DNA of 64,000 nt from Amoebophrya sp. A120 (lineage: Eukaryota > Protista > Dinoflagellata), in the NCBI GenBank assembly GCA_905178155.1, contig CAJINV010000017.1:1-64000 (forward strand), read 5' to 3'. The notes beneath the pieces are model-generated. The model was not told where the DNA came from. It ran no database searches and saw nothing but the letters and a program-made list of their open reading frames with translations. The position numbers and the translations under genes are program-made. Below are positions 1 through 13,359 of the stretch, one piece after another; the first letter of the stretch is position 1, and the number at the start of each line of letters is the position of its first letter.

Positions 1-1590
1 CTGATTAGCCGCCCCGGCCCTGCCAATCAAAGTCGGGCCCGGGCACTGCCGGGAGTGGGTGACCTAATTAGCCGCCGGAGCCTTGCCAAACAAAGTCGGG
101 GCCGGGCCATGCAAGGCGTTGGCATTTTTCGGCTAAAGCGCACCCGATTAGCCGCCCAAGCCCAGCCAAACAAAGTCGGGCCCGGGCATTGCAGGGACTG
201 GGTATTTTCCGGCTAAAGTGCACTTGATTAGCCGCCCCGGCCCTGCCAAAGTGGGGCCCGGCAGGGCAAGTGTATTTTTTGGCTAGAGCGCACCCGATTA
301 GCCGCCCAACCCTTGCCAAACAAAGTCGGGGCCGGGCCATGCAAGGCGTTGGCATTTTTCGGCGAAAGTGCACCTGATTAGCCGCCCAAGCCCTGCCAAA
401 CAAAGTCGGGCCCGGGCGAGGCAGGGGGTGGGTATTTTTCGGCTAAAGCGCACCCGATTAGCCGCCCCAGCCCTGTTACAGTCGGGCCCGGCACCCGGGG
501 CAGCAGTTGTTTTCGGCTAAAGTGCACCCGATTAGCCGCCCAAGCCCTGCCCGACAAAGTGACGCTGGTGAGTGTTTTTCGGGTAAAGTGCACCGGATTA
601 GCCGCCCCGGCCCTGCCAAAGTCGGGGCCGGTAGGGCGGCGGTATTTTTCAGCTAAAGCGTATCTGATTAGCCGCGGCCGCCCAAGCCCCACCAAACTAA
701 ACAAAGTCTGTCGGGCCCGGGCCTTGGCTTGCAGGGCGTGCGCATTTTTCGGCTAAAGTGCACCCGATTAGCCGCCCGAGCCCCGCCGAAGTCGGGCCCG
801 CTAGGGCAGCTGTATTTTCCGGCTAAAACGCAGCTAATTAGCCGCCCAAGCCTTGCCAATCAAGCAAAAAAATTCGGGCGCGGGCCCTGCAGGGCATTGG
901 TGTTTTTCGGCTAAAGTGCACCTGATTAGCCGCCCGGGCCCTGCCAAACGAAATCGGGCCCGGCCCTTACAGGGAGTGGGTGTCTTCGGCTACAGTGCAC
1001 CTGATTAGGCGCTCCGGCCCTTCCAAAGTCGGGCACGGGGGTAGGGCAGCAGTATTGTTCGGCTAAAGTGAACCTGGTTAGCCGCCAAAGGAAGCGCGTC
1101 GCCCCAAACAAAATCGGGCCCGGGCCTTGTAGGGCGTGCCTATTTTTCGGCTAGAGTGCACCTGACTAGCCGCCCAAGCCCGGCCAAACAAAGTCGGGCC
1201 CGGGCCCGGAAGGGCATTAGTATTTTTCGGCTAAGGTGCACCCGATTAGCCGCCCCGGCCCTGCCAAAGTCAGGCCCCCCCGGTCCGGCGCCGGCATTTT
1301 TTGGATAAAGCGCACCGAATTAGCCGCCCAAGCCTTGCCAAACAAATTCGAGCGCGGGCCTTGCAGGGCATTGGTATTTTTCGGCTAAAGCGCACCCGAT
1401 TAGCCGCCCAAGCCCTACCAAACAAAGTCGGGCCCGGGCCTGGCGGGGCATTGGTATTTTTCGGCTTCAGTGCACCCGATTAGTGCCCGGGCCCTCCAAA
1501 AGTCGGGCCCGACACAGACACACGGCGCGGGTGTTTTTCGGTCACAGTGCACCTGACTAGCCGCCCGAGCACTTCCGAAGTCGGGGCCGG
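1..1590. repeat. GC-rich tandem satellite, ~21 units mostly of 70-80 bp, truncated at window start
   Basis: GATTAGCCGCCC recurs near 3, 147, 226, 297, 377, 457, 530, 597, 667, 767, 837, 924, 1003, 1245, 1399 and elsewhere. Approximate consensus GATTAGCCGCCCAAGCCCTGCCAAACAAAGTCGGGCCCGGGCCTTGCAGGGCNTTGGTATTTTTCGGCTAAAGTGCACCT. Confidence 0.95.
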
Positions 1591-2458
1591 CAGTCGTCGC
1601 CCATAGTTTTTCTGGTTCGTTGAGAAGTGAAAGTCTGGACCGCATTTAGAGCTGTCAGTGAGTGTCGTCTCACATCACGACTTGTTTGAATCGCATGTGC
1701 AGTTCTCAGAGTCGACAAATACAAAAACGACAGTAGTCGCGCAACAACAGCGTACTTATACATAGACCAACTCGTACGTAGACAGGGACTGTATTTCTTT
1801 GAGCTCGTAAACGTCAATCGACAATCGTGATGACTTTCTACGCCAGCAATGCGAATGCCTTTTCGTTTTCGTTTCGTCGCGCAACAGCATGAACCAACGG
1901 AGCGCCTTAGCGGTAGTAGGACTAGGAGCAGGGTCGTCTCGTTAAGATAGTCCCATCAGATCATCCCTTTCGTAGTTGTCGATCCAGATCCTAGAGATCA
2001 TGGAAATTCGTGTGTGTCGTCTGCAATCTATGAATTCGCGAAACCGATCTTCTGGGGTCGTTCTAGTCGTTCGTCTTCGACGAGCCACGATGGTCAAACC
2101 TGACGCATGAGTATTATAGTCGTGACGAAGAAGAACAAGAAGAAGACAGATGCCATTTGCTCAGTGACGGAGAGTAGTTGTGTTTTATTTCCGGCGTTGT
2201 TGTAATTCTGGTGATGGGTGATGTATATGCTTCGGTGGGTTGAAGCCTCAGCCGTTTGTTTGAGAACGTTTGTTAGTATCTAAATTCAATACTAGTCGAA
2301 GAAGAAAAAAAAAACAAGATGGCGTCGCTGAAGAAAAAGAAAACTAAAAACAAAATCCATGGGTCATGAACTCGGTGCTCTCAACATTATCAGACAGATC
2401 ATTTGGCTTCAGCCTTCGGCTTCGCGGTAGTGCCTAAAAAGCATCAATACTTACAACC

Positions 2459-5400
2459 ATGACGCTACTTCTTGTGGACTGGCTGGTTGTAGGCGGTCTT
2501 GCCGGGTTGGCTGGACATGGCGTCCAGGTCGAGTGCGCTGCGCACCCGGGGTCGTGTCCCATTTACGAAAATGCAGTGAAGCAAGCGGAGGCTTTGGTGC
2601 ATTACACCAGGCGGCTTTGGTACGGTTCCGAGTCTCGAGCGGTATTGCACGACGGCCCCGACGTCGGGGACCTCTACGGTTGGACGTCGGCCCACTTTGC
2701 AGCCGATTCGGTGCAGCAGTGCGATCGGCTTGATCGAATTTTTTTCGCAGCAGTGAAGACAAACACAAACACGACACGAGTCACCGTGTGGAGGAACAAG
2801 GCAGAAGTGCGTCAAGACCGTGACCGAAAAATAGCATGGTTCACCTCCAGCACGACGAACTACAACACGACCAGGGGTGTTGGTGTGGACGAACAACCGC
2901 CATCGACCGGCACGACAGCAGGGGAGATCGGCAACGCAAAAGCGCTGGCTGCACGATTCTGGAAAAATTTTTTTCGTCATGGAGCAACTTCAACCGCGCT
3001 TCCAGCAGACGTAGACGTACGGACAGGAGAGAAAGCCAAACAGATCTTCCACGACGCCCCCTTTTCGAGGACCTGTCCGGTGAATATGTCCGATGCAGAA
3101 CACCACGTGGCAGATCATCTGCGAGATGCTGCACCTACCAGGACAAGGAGATCGACAAACCGAGCGGAGAAGAATTCTCCAGTGCCCATCAACATAAACA
3201 GCTGCGCCTACGCTGACACTGTGACTGTCTTCGAAACCAACAAAAGAACTCGTCGAACAACCAGCAACGGCGTGTCCAGAAAACGCAGACCGAAGACTAC
3301 CAGCTCGGCGTTAGTCCTTCGTGCGGAGCCTCCACACCATATCTACTCGCCATCATATCCACACACTGTCCGGCCGACCCCGCCCATCTGCCATATTCAT
3401 CGGAGTGAAGAGATGAGTGGTCGTTTGGTTGTATCTGGAGTGCCACAACATCAACAAAAAAGCACAGGCGTGGATGAACTGGGGCAGACAGCAAGTGGAT
3501 GGACAAGAAAAGGTGGCCGCGCGGCCAACTACTGGAAGTCAACCGCCTTGATGCCCTACAGCTACATTCAGGAGAACAGCTCTATCTGCGCAGTGATGAC
3601 GGTTACTATCCATGTAAGTCAATGCGGGATGATGAAAATACGGAGGAGGCACGTCTTCATGTGGCCCGATGAAAAGCAGTTCCTTTGTTCCACACCCGCC
3701 GCTGTCGTGGAGAGGATGCCGCAAGCAGTGTGCTGTCCTGACATTGACAATGATCAGGATTACGAGACGGCGCCTAGTATAATCCCACTGGCAGTTGTTG
3801 CGCTGACAGCTGTCCTTGCCGCTGGAGTGCTATTTTTCACGGAACCTCAAAGGCGGGCAACCCGGAGGAGGTCTGTGTGTCGACAGCGACGCGGCGCGCA
3901 GCAGCAAGTGCATTTCCGACCGAGAGCTTTCTTGCGAAAGATCTGGAAAGCGGCGCAGGAGGAGCCAGCTACAACGAAAATTCAAACGCAGTTTCGCGGG
4001 AAAATGGCGAGGAAAGAGTTGGCAGACCGATTGGACGCGAAGATGGCCAGAGCAGCGGAAGAGGCGAAAAAGCAACAAGAATCCGATGCGGCGATCCGGA
4101 TTCAGTCTAAATTTCGCGGTGTCGTCACGCGGTTACTAGTACTGCCGAGATTGCGTGCCGCGAAGCAGAAGAAATTTCAGGACGCAAAGGAAGCGCAGGC
4201 CGCGAGGGCTTTGCAGAGCTGCTATCGAGGAAAATGCGCAAGAGAAACAGTCGCAAAATTGAGAGAAGGAAAGGCAGAACTCGAACGACAAACACAAACC
4301 CTGGCCTCGGTGAAAATCCAATCGATCTATCGCGGCAAGAAGCAAAGAGGAGAAACAAAGCTATTGCAACAGCAGATCGCGGGGGCGAGGAAGGTTCAAG
4401 AGTACTGGAAGAGCGTTTTTTTCGTGCGCAAAGCGTTCCTCGACCAGAGAAAAGCAACCTTGCAGGTCCAGACACACTGGCGCAAGATGCAGGCGGTGAA
4501 AGAGGTGAAGGAAAAGCGGAAGGAGCTTGTTGACCTCGTCATCCCCACCACCATCCGACTACAGGCTGCTTTTCGAGTCCATCACGTGAAAAAGAAGTTC
4601 TTGCAACAGAAACAATGCACCGCCAAGGTGCAGAGCCACGTCCGTAAGTTTCTTGCGGGAAAGAAGACCGAGAAACCGCTGGCCCTTCAGAAGCAACTGC
4701 AAGGGTACTTCGCAAGAACAAGCGAGATGGACATAGGAACGGAGGCGGATCGGAGCCAATTCTGCAGAATTCTCGAGGAATACGAGAGCAATGAGGTGCA
4801 CTCCGTTTCTATTGCGGAAAAGGCAAGCCTTTTCCTCCAGCAGTGGGGCGAGAAAATCCGACTGGAGACAGACTTGGCGAAAGCTTTGGCAGACACGAAG
4901 AACGCGGAAGCGGTCGCAGGAGGAAATACAAACGATAAAGAAGATTCCGGCGATGAAGTAACCGCTGTTCAGCAAGAGCTGGGCATCGGGTCGCGGCTTC
5001 TGGAAGAGTTCGCGACGCTCCTAGCGAAGACGACAGACTTCAACACGAATGTGTGCGACTTTCAAAGCCTCCGCATCAAAGACGTCGAAGAGTTTGCAGC
5101 ACAACACGCTGCGGCTTGCCGGCGGTACGAAGCAGGAAACACGCTGGCGCTCGCTCTGAAGACCGCCTTTCCTGCCTCGTTCATCGACATGTTTCAGCAG
5201 TGCAAGAGCCAAGAAGGAGACGACGACGAGACAACAGAAGACATTATTTCCTCCATCGAGAAAATAAACTTCGTCCAGACGTCCCTCCGTTCCCAACAAC
5301 CTGCCCAAAAAGAAGCTTTTCACGAAGCCAGTTTAGTTGCGTTGGCAACTGCGACCGAGAGTGCGGATTTGTCGAAGGAAAAGCGGGAGGAGGCGTGGAC

Positions 5401-6271
5401 AATGTTGTTCCACTTTGTGCTCATGAAGGCGAATTTCGGGATTTCGGAATTATCAGAGTTCTTGTCTGCGTTGAGTGTGGCATCTTCTACCTGCAGCGAA
5501 AACCACATTGATGAGCCGGCGGAGATCGCAGAAGTGCTGGGAAAAAACGAAAAGCTCGCGACCTTTATCGATAAACTTCTCTTCGCCCCCTCCGAATCGA
5601 CAACAGCGAAGAAGCTGTCGCCTAGTGTGTCGCCGTCCATGATCCAGCAGAGCAGCGCTTACGGCTGCGCGAGAAACAGTTCGTCCTCAGCGGGTGAAGA
5701 TTCGCCGCGGAGTGTGCTCCGAGCGGAGACGATCGATGGCTTGAAGCAATTGGGGAGGATGGTATGATCTATCGAGTGTGTCGAGGAAACTTGAGCTCTC
5801 TTCTTGCACTTAAGTATTATATTAGAAAGTTTTCGACTTCGACTATATCAAAGTGATGCCCTTGTCTGCGGTATGTTTTCTTTCGAGCTACTCCATTTTG
5901 GAAGGCACTGCCACCGGTACAATTTTTCATCGCACTCCAACAAGGTATCCGAGCTTCGCTTTACCCTGACGGGGAAAACCAAGGGGACCGTGAGCAGCAA
6001 GTTGCAGACCTGTGTGAATGGCACCACACAACTCGACACGGCACAAGAGGAAAAGGCGAAAAAACAAGGAAAAGCAGGCGGCTTTTTCGCAGAAGTGCTC
6101 GCTCTGCTATCACGATTGTGGCCTTCATCCTCGTCGGCGTCAGACTCTGCACCCATTTCCGACGCAGAGGCCGAAATCGACGAGGATGATTCCGCCCGGG
6201 AGTCCAGCGAAGACGAAGAAGATACTTTGGCCCACCAGGTAGAACCTTCGGGCTCAGACATCAAAATCTAG
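2459..6271 (+). CDS. IQ calmodulin-binding motif protein with a predicted TM helix; exons 2459-5761 and 5945-6271
   Basis: 1102-aa ORF with repeated IQ motifs (IQTQFRGKMAR, IQSKFRGVVTR, LQSCYRGKCAR, IQSIYRGKKQR, LQAAFR). GT-AG intron 5762-5944 joins GRM|VSELRF in frame. N-terminal structure uncertain. Confidence 0.75.
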
Positions 6272-8569
6272 ATCTGCGAATCGCCACGATGTGACGTATT
6301 GTATAGTTTCATACGGTTTGGGTTTTTATATATACCATCAAATGTTATCGCCGCAATACAAATCCTAATCCAAATTCTCGTAGGTACTAACTCGCAACAA
6401 TATCAATATTTTATAAATATAAGACTTCCGATCCTGTACTATAGTTTTTTGCATTTCCTTATTATTTCCTCATTGTTGTGAAAATGGATCCGTCATTCAT
6501 CTCACAGAAGTCCTGGCTAGGGCTACTTCTTGTACTACCTACGAATTGCATCTCGACGCCGTTAATACGTGCTCTCTAGACCGTAATAGAGTCTGAGTCT
6601 GTGGTTCGTAGACGGATTGTGATAACGACCATGGGACACGAAAAAGAAGTATGCACGTCCAATGGTGTCGGAGAAGGAGCAACTATCTAATTTAGCACTG
6701 AGTCGGAGCAAAAAACTAAAGACTGCCACCGGTGGGCCCTGTTGGGCTGTCTATTGTGTTGTGAATGATGTCGACTTTGCGTTGAGCCGAATCTTGAACC
6801 AATGATCGCCGCCTCGTGTATTATTTGCTGCGTGTGATATAAGCATAAAAGCGTCAAACTGTCCTCGCCATGATCATGTATTCCGAACGCGACGAGGCGT
6901 GACTGCGTAAAAATAGGGGTTGTCCGCTGATAAACTAGCTAGCACGAGCACCTCGACGCCGTGCATTCTCAGCAGCGCCAGGGGTCGTCCTCGTCTGCCT
7001 GCGTAAAGACGACAGGTCGTGCAAACTTCTTGTGATGTCGTGGGGCTGAGGAACAGCACAATGTCGTATAAATCAATAGTGACAAGAACTACATGTTGTG
7101 CAGAGACTCAACAGAATCAGATCCTTTGCGCTCGTCGCAGGGCCTCGCCATAGTCCACAAATGCCATGTGCTACAACTTTATACATAATTTACAGTTTAT
7201 AATTTGTCAACTAGATTACTAGCTACGCCGGCATCCAGGACGTCAGGTATGGGTCGTCTAGTAGATGCAAGCGAATAGCAACAGACTGATGGCCGGGCCA
7301 CCGGATGGGGTGCTCTATTGCTTAGGGAAGACTCAACGCGAGCGACTCCGCTGGCTCTTCGCCTCGGCAGGGTGAAGCTGCAGAGGAACACGGAGGAAAA
7401 CATTGGCGGGTTTGAAAGTGGACGGCTGAAAAAGTGAACGAAGGAGATAAGGAGATTGAAGGACAGGCCCGGCGCTCGACAAAGTCGGTCTTCTTTGGCG
7501 GGCAGCCTTCCAAGATGGCCACTCTTTCATTCTCGGCGCTGTCTCGTTGCTTGCAAGAAAACTCCACCATTTCCTGGGTGATAAGTTTTGCCAGCCGCGC
7601 GCCACCCTGTGTCATTTTGGCACTGTCTGAGCATGCGAGCGCCCGAGCTTGCGTTGCAAGCTGCGCCTTATGTTGCAAATTGCAGCTTGTGTTGCATCAA
7701 ATTGCAGCTCGCATACGCACTGCAAAAGACAGCCTGCGCCGCGCAATGAATCAATGCCGCCTGCTCCTGCATTGCACTTTACAGAGTGCGTGGTAAACTT
7801 CAGCTTGCGTTGCAAGGTGTAGCGTGCAACTGCGTTGTAACTTACAAGCAAAGTAGAGCCACTGTCGCGAATCCTCCTGCGCGTCACAGTTTAGTTATTT
7901 CGTTGGAGAAATGCCATGGTAAATAGAAATATACAAATATTCATCGTGGGAGAAGCCGTTTTTCGTGGTCTTGATATTGATTTCGTTGCTTGGTTGAAAT
8001 CGGAATCGGGAGCGCTTCCGGGGAGTTGTAAATGTCCAGCTCCTTTCGTTATCGTGTTTTCGTGTTGTGCATGCGCATGGAGGTTGAGGGACCTCAGGCA
8101 CTACGACCGATCACGGGGACGGCCGAGACCTTCAGCTCGATGTTGTAATCGTGTATGCGCCCTCCGTGACGCCCCTGTAACATCAAAGACAAGGAGTTGC
8201 ATGCCGTGCCTCACGTTCCACTTACAATCTATCTAATCTCTACCTCTATAAATTGATAAAAGGACAAGTTGTTTTGAATTGCGGTTTTTTCAAAAATCAC
8301 ACTTAATCCGGAAGACATGACACATACACCGACCCTCTTCGAGTCAGATTTTCGTGCAAGGTAGGCCGCAGTCTACATCGGCGAACTCAACATACACTCC
8401 CTCGGCGAAGCGCTCAGCCCGACAGTGCGGTGCTGCGATCAGCACGCGCATCGACTCTGCACAGCGTCGCGCATCGACACGAGCGAGCATAAGGGCACTT
8501 GCACTTCCTCGTTTACGCTTCCAGCATAAGGGTACTTCCTTCTTTACGTGGTTCACACAGGAGCCCAGC

Positions 8570-9243
8570 ATGCCAGTAGACCCCGTCACCGCGGGCGCCA
8601 TTGGCGGTGCGTACATCGTAGGAAGGTGGGCAACCAATACAGCCGTGCACGAATTGCGGGGGGACACGGCCCATCAACAAGGCGACTTGGAGAACCGCAT
8701 GCGAGTGATGGAAAACAAGGTGGAGGACGGCAATATGAAGGTGGAAGATATGCAAGAAAAAGAATACTGTGAGTGCAGGTCTGGCTGTGTCTCTGTGATG
8801 CAGAAAATCCAAATTGAAAACACAGCTTTACACTTGTCATGCCAATCGGGCAGGAAAACCTCTTTACGTAGCTAGGTCTTTTCACATAAAAGTGAGTGAT
8901 GCATTACTCTTTTTCTCTCCAGTCAATGTAATAGAGCAAATGCACTCAACCCAAGGCCAAGTAGAAGAAGCTGATAGTGATACTTACACTCACAAAACTT
9001 TTTTTCTGTATAAAGAACTGCACTGCGCGAGTGAAACAAAACGAAGAGTCGGCTGCAGAAAACAAACGCGACCAGGAACGAGAAATGGAAGAGCTGCGCA
9101 AGAAGCTCGACGAGGAGATCGCAGCGCGGGAGCGAGAAACCGCAGCGCGGGAGCGAGAAACCGCAGAGCGGGAGAAGCTGCAAGGCCAGATGACTAAAAT
9201 GGCCGAGAAGATGAATGCAATGGAGGGAACACAAAAAAGGTAG
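8570..9243 (+). CDS. small coiled-coil protein, interrupted by an intron at ~8769-9025
   Basis: MPVDPVTAGAIGG...MQEKEY continues in another frame as RVKQNEESAAENKRDQEREMEELRKKLDEE. A 21-bp coding repeat GCAGCGCGGGAGCGAGAAACC lies at 9121-9170. Confidence 0.5.
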
Positions 9244-11810
9244 CAAAGTACAGAGCTTCACATTCGTCCCGAGATCGAAGGGAAGACGGACTAGCTTTGC
9301 AAAAAGATGAAACTAGCATTAAAAAACGCAGAAACTCCTCATCATCAGTTGAAGCAGTCACGCCACAAGATATTTCAGTTTCCAAACGTATACGTATACG
9401 TAATTACCATGTTGACCCACCGAAGCCGATTTATAATTTTGGCTAAACCGAAGGGGAGACCCGCGTCGCTTTGTGACAGTAATAGCGCCCCTTGGCGGCA
9501 GGAATTCCCATCTTTTCATCTTCTTTCCTCCGTTGCCCTAACTTTGCCTCCTTGTTCATACGTTTTCCCCTCAATGCCCGCCCCTCTGGCCGCCCTCTTC
9601 TTCGACGCCGACTGGTCTTTGTACACTCTTTCCTTCCTCCCTCGCCCCTAGGAAAAATACAATCGCAGCCAGGACAAATACTTTGTAGCTTTACTAAGTA
9701 GAAGTCAAAGATAGCGGCGTAATTATTATTGACTAAGACCTAGGACTAGGACTACCCGTACCCACTAAAAAGACAGCTATATTTTTACATGAATGACGTA
9801 AGTCCAAGTCGTGTATTGATATCTATGTTGTATTCATGCCGGCGTGGGCCCGGCACCAGCCGCTGTCTGAAAAAGGGGAATCGCACGAAATAGTTGAAGC
9901 CTCAGTCTTGCTATGCGGCGTTCGGAGAGTCCATATTTATTCATGCACAAGATCATCTTTTGGTTCTGACTCTGAGCAAGGATGAACACTTTGGGAGCAT
10001 GATGAGCACTCGTTTCCTGTATAAATAATTATGAAAGTGATTATGCTTGTCAGAGTCAGTCGGACTCTTTTTGTAGCAGTTTAGTGCTTCCTTTCGGGCT
10101 GTGAGCGAATCTTTTTCCAAAGCGACAATTATCTGGAGCGCAACAGCAACCTGCAAGAAGCGAAGATTCGCACACAAGAGGCCGAGCTCCGGTGTCAAAC
10201 AAGGCGATATCCTAACACAGTTCAGCTAGAGATATGAAGATGTCGATGCATCTGCGAACACTCGCTGCGCGACCACGACGGACGATGCATCGCCACAGTT
10301 CAAAAGAATTTATATATACACACGCGGATTAGTAAACGTGAAACTCACGACTTTTCGGCCAATCAAAGACGAAAGCGAGAATGCATGATTGTCATGCATA
10401 TTACTTTGCAAATGCAAAGCCAAAGGCACAAGGAGGCACGAAGAAGAAGAAGGCAAAACATGTGAATGTGTAGATGAACAAGTACAAGTATAACTATAAA
10501 TTTTCGCTGTATAATAAGGATGATGTGGGCTTTCATCAGTCATGCGCGTGGACTAAAAAAGTAGGACACGACAACCTGCATTTCGATCAGTCAGGCAGTA
10601 CATGTCATGCAATATGCTATAGCTACTTGGTTTAAGGCAAACGCGCTTCTTTTCAGTATCGCTTCATCAATCTCAAGAACGACTTCGCTAGGATATCTAA
10701 CAAGACCTGCAAGAAGAAGACTTGAACCACGTGCACAAAAAAGTGGACAAGCAAGGCATACGTCTTGTGAAAGCCGAAAAAGCGTTGAAAAAAGTCCGCG
10801 GAGAGAACTTGGTACTTTTTTCGACTTGATGTATGATTATACTCATATTCTATATATTTATAATACTCAGATGAAGAGCATTTGTTTTGCAAGAGAAAGT
10901 GGAGGCCCATGCTTTTATTCGGACCGGCGATCGAGGTTCAGATCATGATGAATATGAATAAAATATAAAAACCTTCTATTCAGCTGCGGGAAAAAACTGA
11001 TATGCGGGCAGCGTATCCGCTCAACATGCAGGGCTTTCTGACCAACACGACATTGTTCACTGGAGACATGGAAAGTAAAATCCTGGCAGCATTAGACCTG
11101 GACATTGACAAGAGTGCCGTATCCCGAAAAATACTATCCGACGCTGTCACCAACGTATTTGAATATTTTTTCAGTGGAGATAAAGAATTTCACTTCACTT
11201 CAAATAGACTCGAGAAAAAAGATATATTGACAGCCACCCCTCCCTAGTTGAGGAAACCTACCTACCTACCTACCTACCTATGCGTAACACTCACTTCAAG
11301 CTGGATTGTCTTTTCACAGATGCACTACCTGCTCATCAGCATCGAAAACACAGGTTACGAAGGCACAGACAGCGAGGGCCATTTGCAAGGCGTTAGCCCC
11401 CCGGCGAGAACTCCCGCGAGGTGTGCAGTCGTGCGTCGAATGCAAGGTGTGGGGTACGCAGTCTGATTTAATGGGGCGATGTATGTGCTGGGAATCGGAA
11501 TACAGGTCTGCGACATGGATGCTTCTCAATTTTTCCAATTCGTCAAGAAAATGGCAGACGCAGAGCAAATAAAGCTGTCGATCTCTACTTACATAAGGGT
11601 AAGAGTAAGAGAGACCACGAAGAGTAGAGACACGATTTCGATTGCTCCTACTTCTAGGCAAAATAAGAATTGCATTAGAACAAAAGAGAGGAATCCTTCT
11701 TCTTCGTTATTCGAATTTCCCAGCATTGCTGCAGTGCCTCTTCTTGCGTTTGCATAGGCTTATTGAAGCACATCGGGTCCGACGCCGTCTAATGGATCAC
11801 CTACGGAGGT

Positions 11811-12350
11811 TATCCAGAAAAAAACACCCATCCCCATCCATTTTGCCCTTTTTTATAGCAAAAAAATCACATGGAAAAACAACAAAAAAATTTTAAAATA
11901 AAACATTTTTGCATGATGGTTTCGAGTACGCCTACTTCACAACACTAGCTAGCGGCGTCCATGAGAAACATCTTAACTACTTAGTGGAATTTGAATTGGC
12001 CATGTCTGTCGCATTGGTCAGCCGTCGTCGGAGTCGAGATCCCAAAGAAGGCAACTCGCACGGACGAGCGCTCCTGGCCCCACCCCGGGCCAGCGGCGGC
12101 CATCCGCTGCAGGAAGGGCCTTGCGCAGGATCTCCGACTCGTCTGCCGGTGTGGGTTCCTGCGATTGATCTAGCTAGTTCAATTCTTTTAAGCTGTACTT
12201 ATCTAAGACGCCACTTTAGCTAGGTAAATTTAGTGTGGATATATGCCGGCGGGCATGCGTAACAGACCTGAAAATTTTTTGCAAATTATGCCTCGTTTTT
12301 TGATCCAAAAAAAGGCAAAATGGATGGGGATGGGTGTTTTTTCCTGGATA
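11811..12350. mobile_element. TAT...ATA TIR element (introner-like), 540 bp
   Basis: 5' TATCCAGAAAAAAACACCCATCCCCATCCATTTTGCCCTTTTT pairs with 3' AAAAAGGCAAAATGGATGGGGATGGGTGTTTTTTCCTGGATA. Flanks GAGGT/GCGGT. Confidence 0.85.
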
Positions 12351-13359
12351 GCGGTGAAGATGATTTTCCTACGTGCCAGTCTGTCTTCTCGCTCGTCGTC
12401 CTTTTCGTAACAACAGTTTTAGTCATCAATGCAACATCTCTACTTGTTGGCTCGGACCACGTACAGACTCTTTACAATTTCGGAGGCAACAAACTAACAG
12501 CTGAGTATCTACCGGTATTGTTTCGCTCAATTAGTACGCAATTTTTTCAATGGTTGTTTTGTTCAATCAGCAATGTCTTCTGTTATTGGATGGTTGTAAT
12601 AGTAATTGTATGCAACGCTTCTATGCCTATGACTTTTCGATATCGACGTTTTCTCATCTCGGGAGTACATCCTACATTTTTAAATTTGATATTATTTTGT
12701 ACATAACGGCAAGAGCGAAGGAAGATGTATGCATATCAGCTACAAGTTCAAGCTTAAGTCGTGCCCAACTTCGTGCCTGGGCGGTGCTGCAGTTGCATCG
12801 CCAGCGGAGACCAGGACAGTAAGAGCGCTGCGCAGCAGAGGACTGCTTGCGTCGGTTCTAAGGTGTGAACGGATTAGAAAGTTGCGCGTCGACCTGAACC
12901 ACCGCCGATGTATACTTATTTTGACTTTGAGTTTGACTTTGAGTACATCAAGATGAAATAAACGTACTTTTTCGCTGGAGGGTTTCGCCCGAGCTGGGAT
13001 CCCTAGTTTTCGGCGAATTTGAGCAATTAATGCCTTTTTCCTGTTCGGTGCCTTAGCTGCCGACAAGGTTGCACAAGGCCATTGATAGGACTACGCGTAC
13101 TCCTGGTATTATTTTTGACAGGCTACTCCACAAGCAAAATTGCATGGTTATCCGTAGGATAATATTGATGAAGATGGTGACTTGAGGTTTTTTCTTTTTG
13201 TGGTGGCAAGCTATGATTCGACCATACCCATCCTGTGCCAGCATCGTCTGCTTTTTTCAAACATCAAAGCAAACGTAGACGTACCCATTTGAGAGTGTGC
13301 TGCGGTTTGCTTGCGTAGTTCCAAGTAGTAGTAGGTAGCTTCCAGCGCCTGACAGAAAT

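Noticed and set aside
1-1590. CRISPR array
   Set aside because: The inter-core sequences are homologous to each other rather than unique spacers, there are no cas genes, and the context is eukaryotic.
68-1645. ORFs in the first 1.6 kb
   Set aside because: They are translations of the satellite.
10100-11810. Multi-exon gene upstream of the 540-bp element
   Set aside because: Fragments look partly coding, but I could not build a consistent model or recognise a product.
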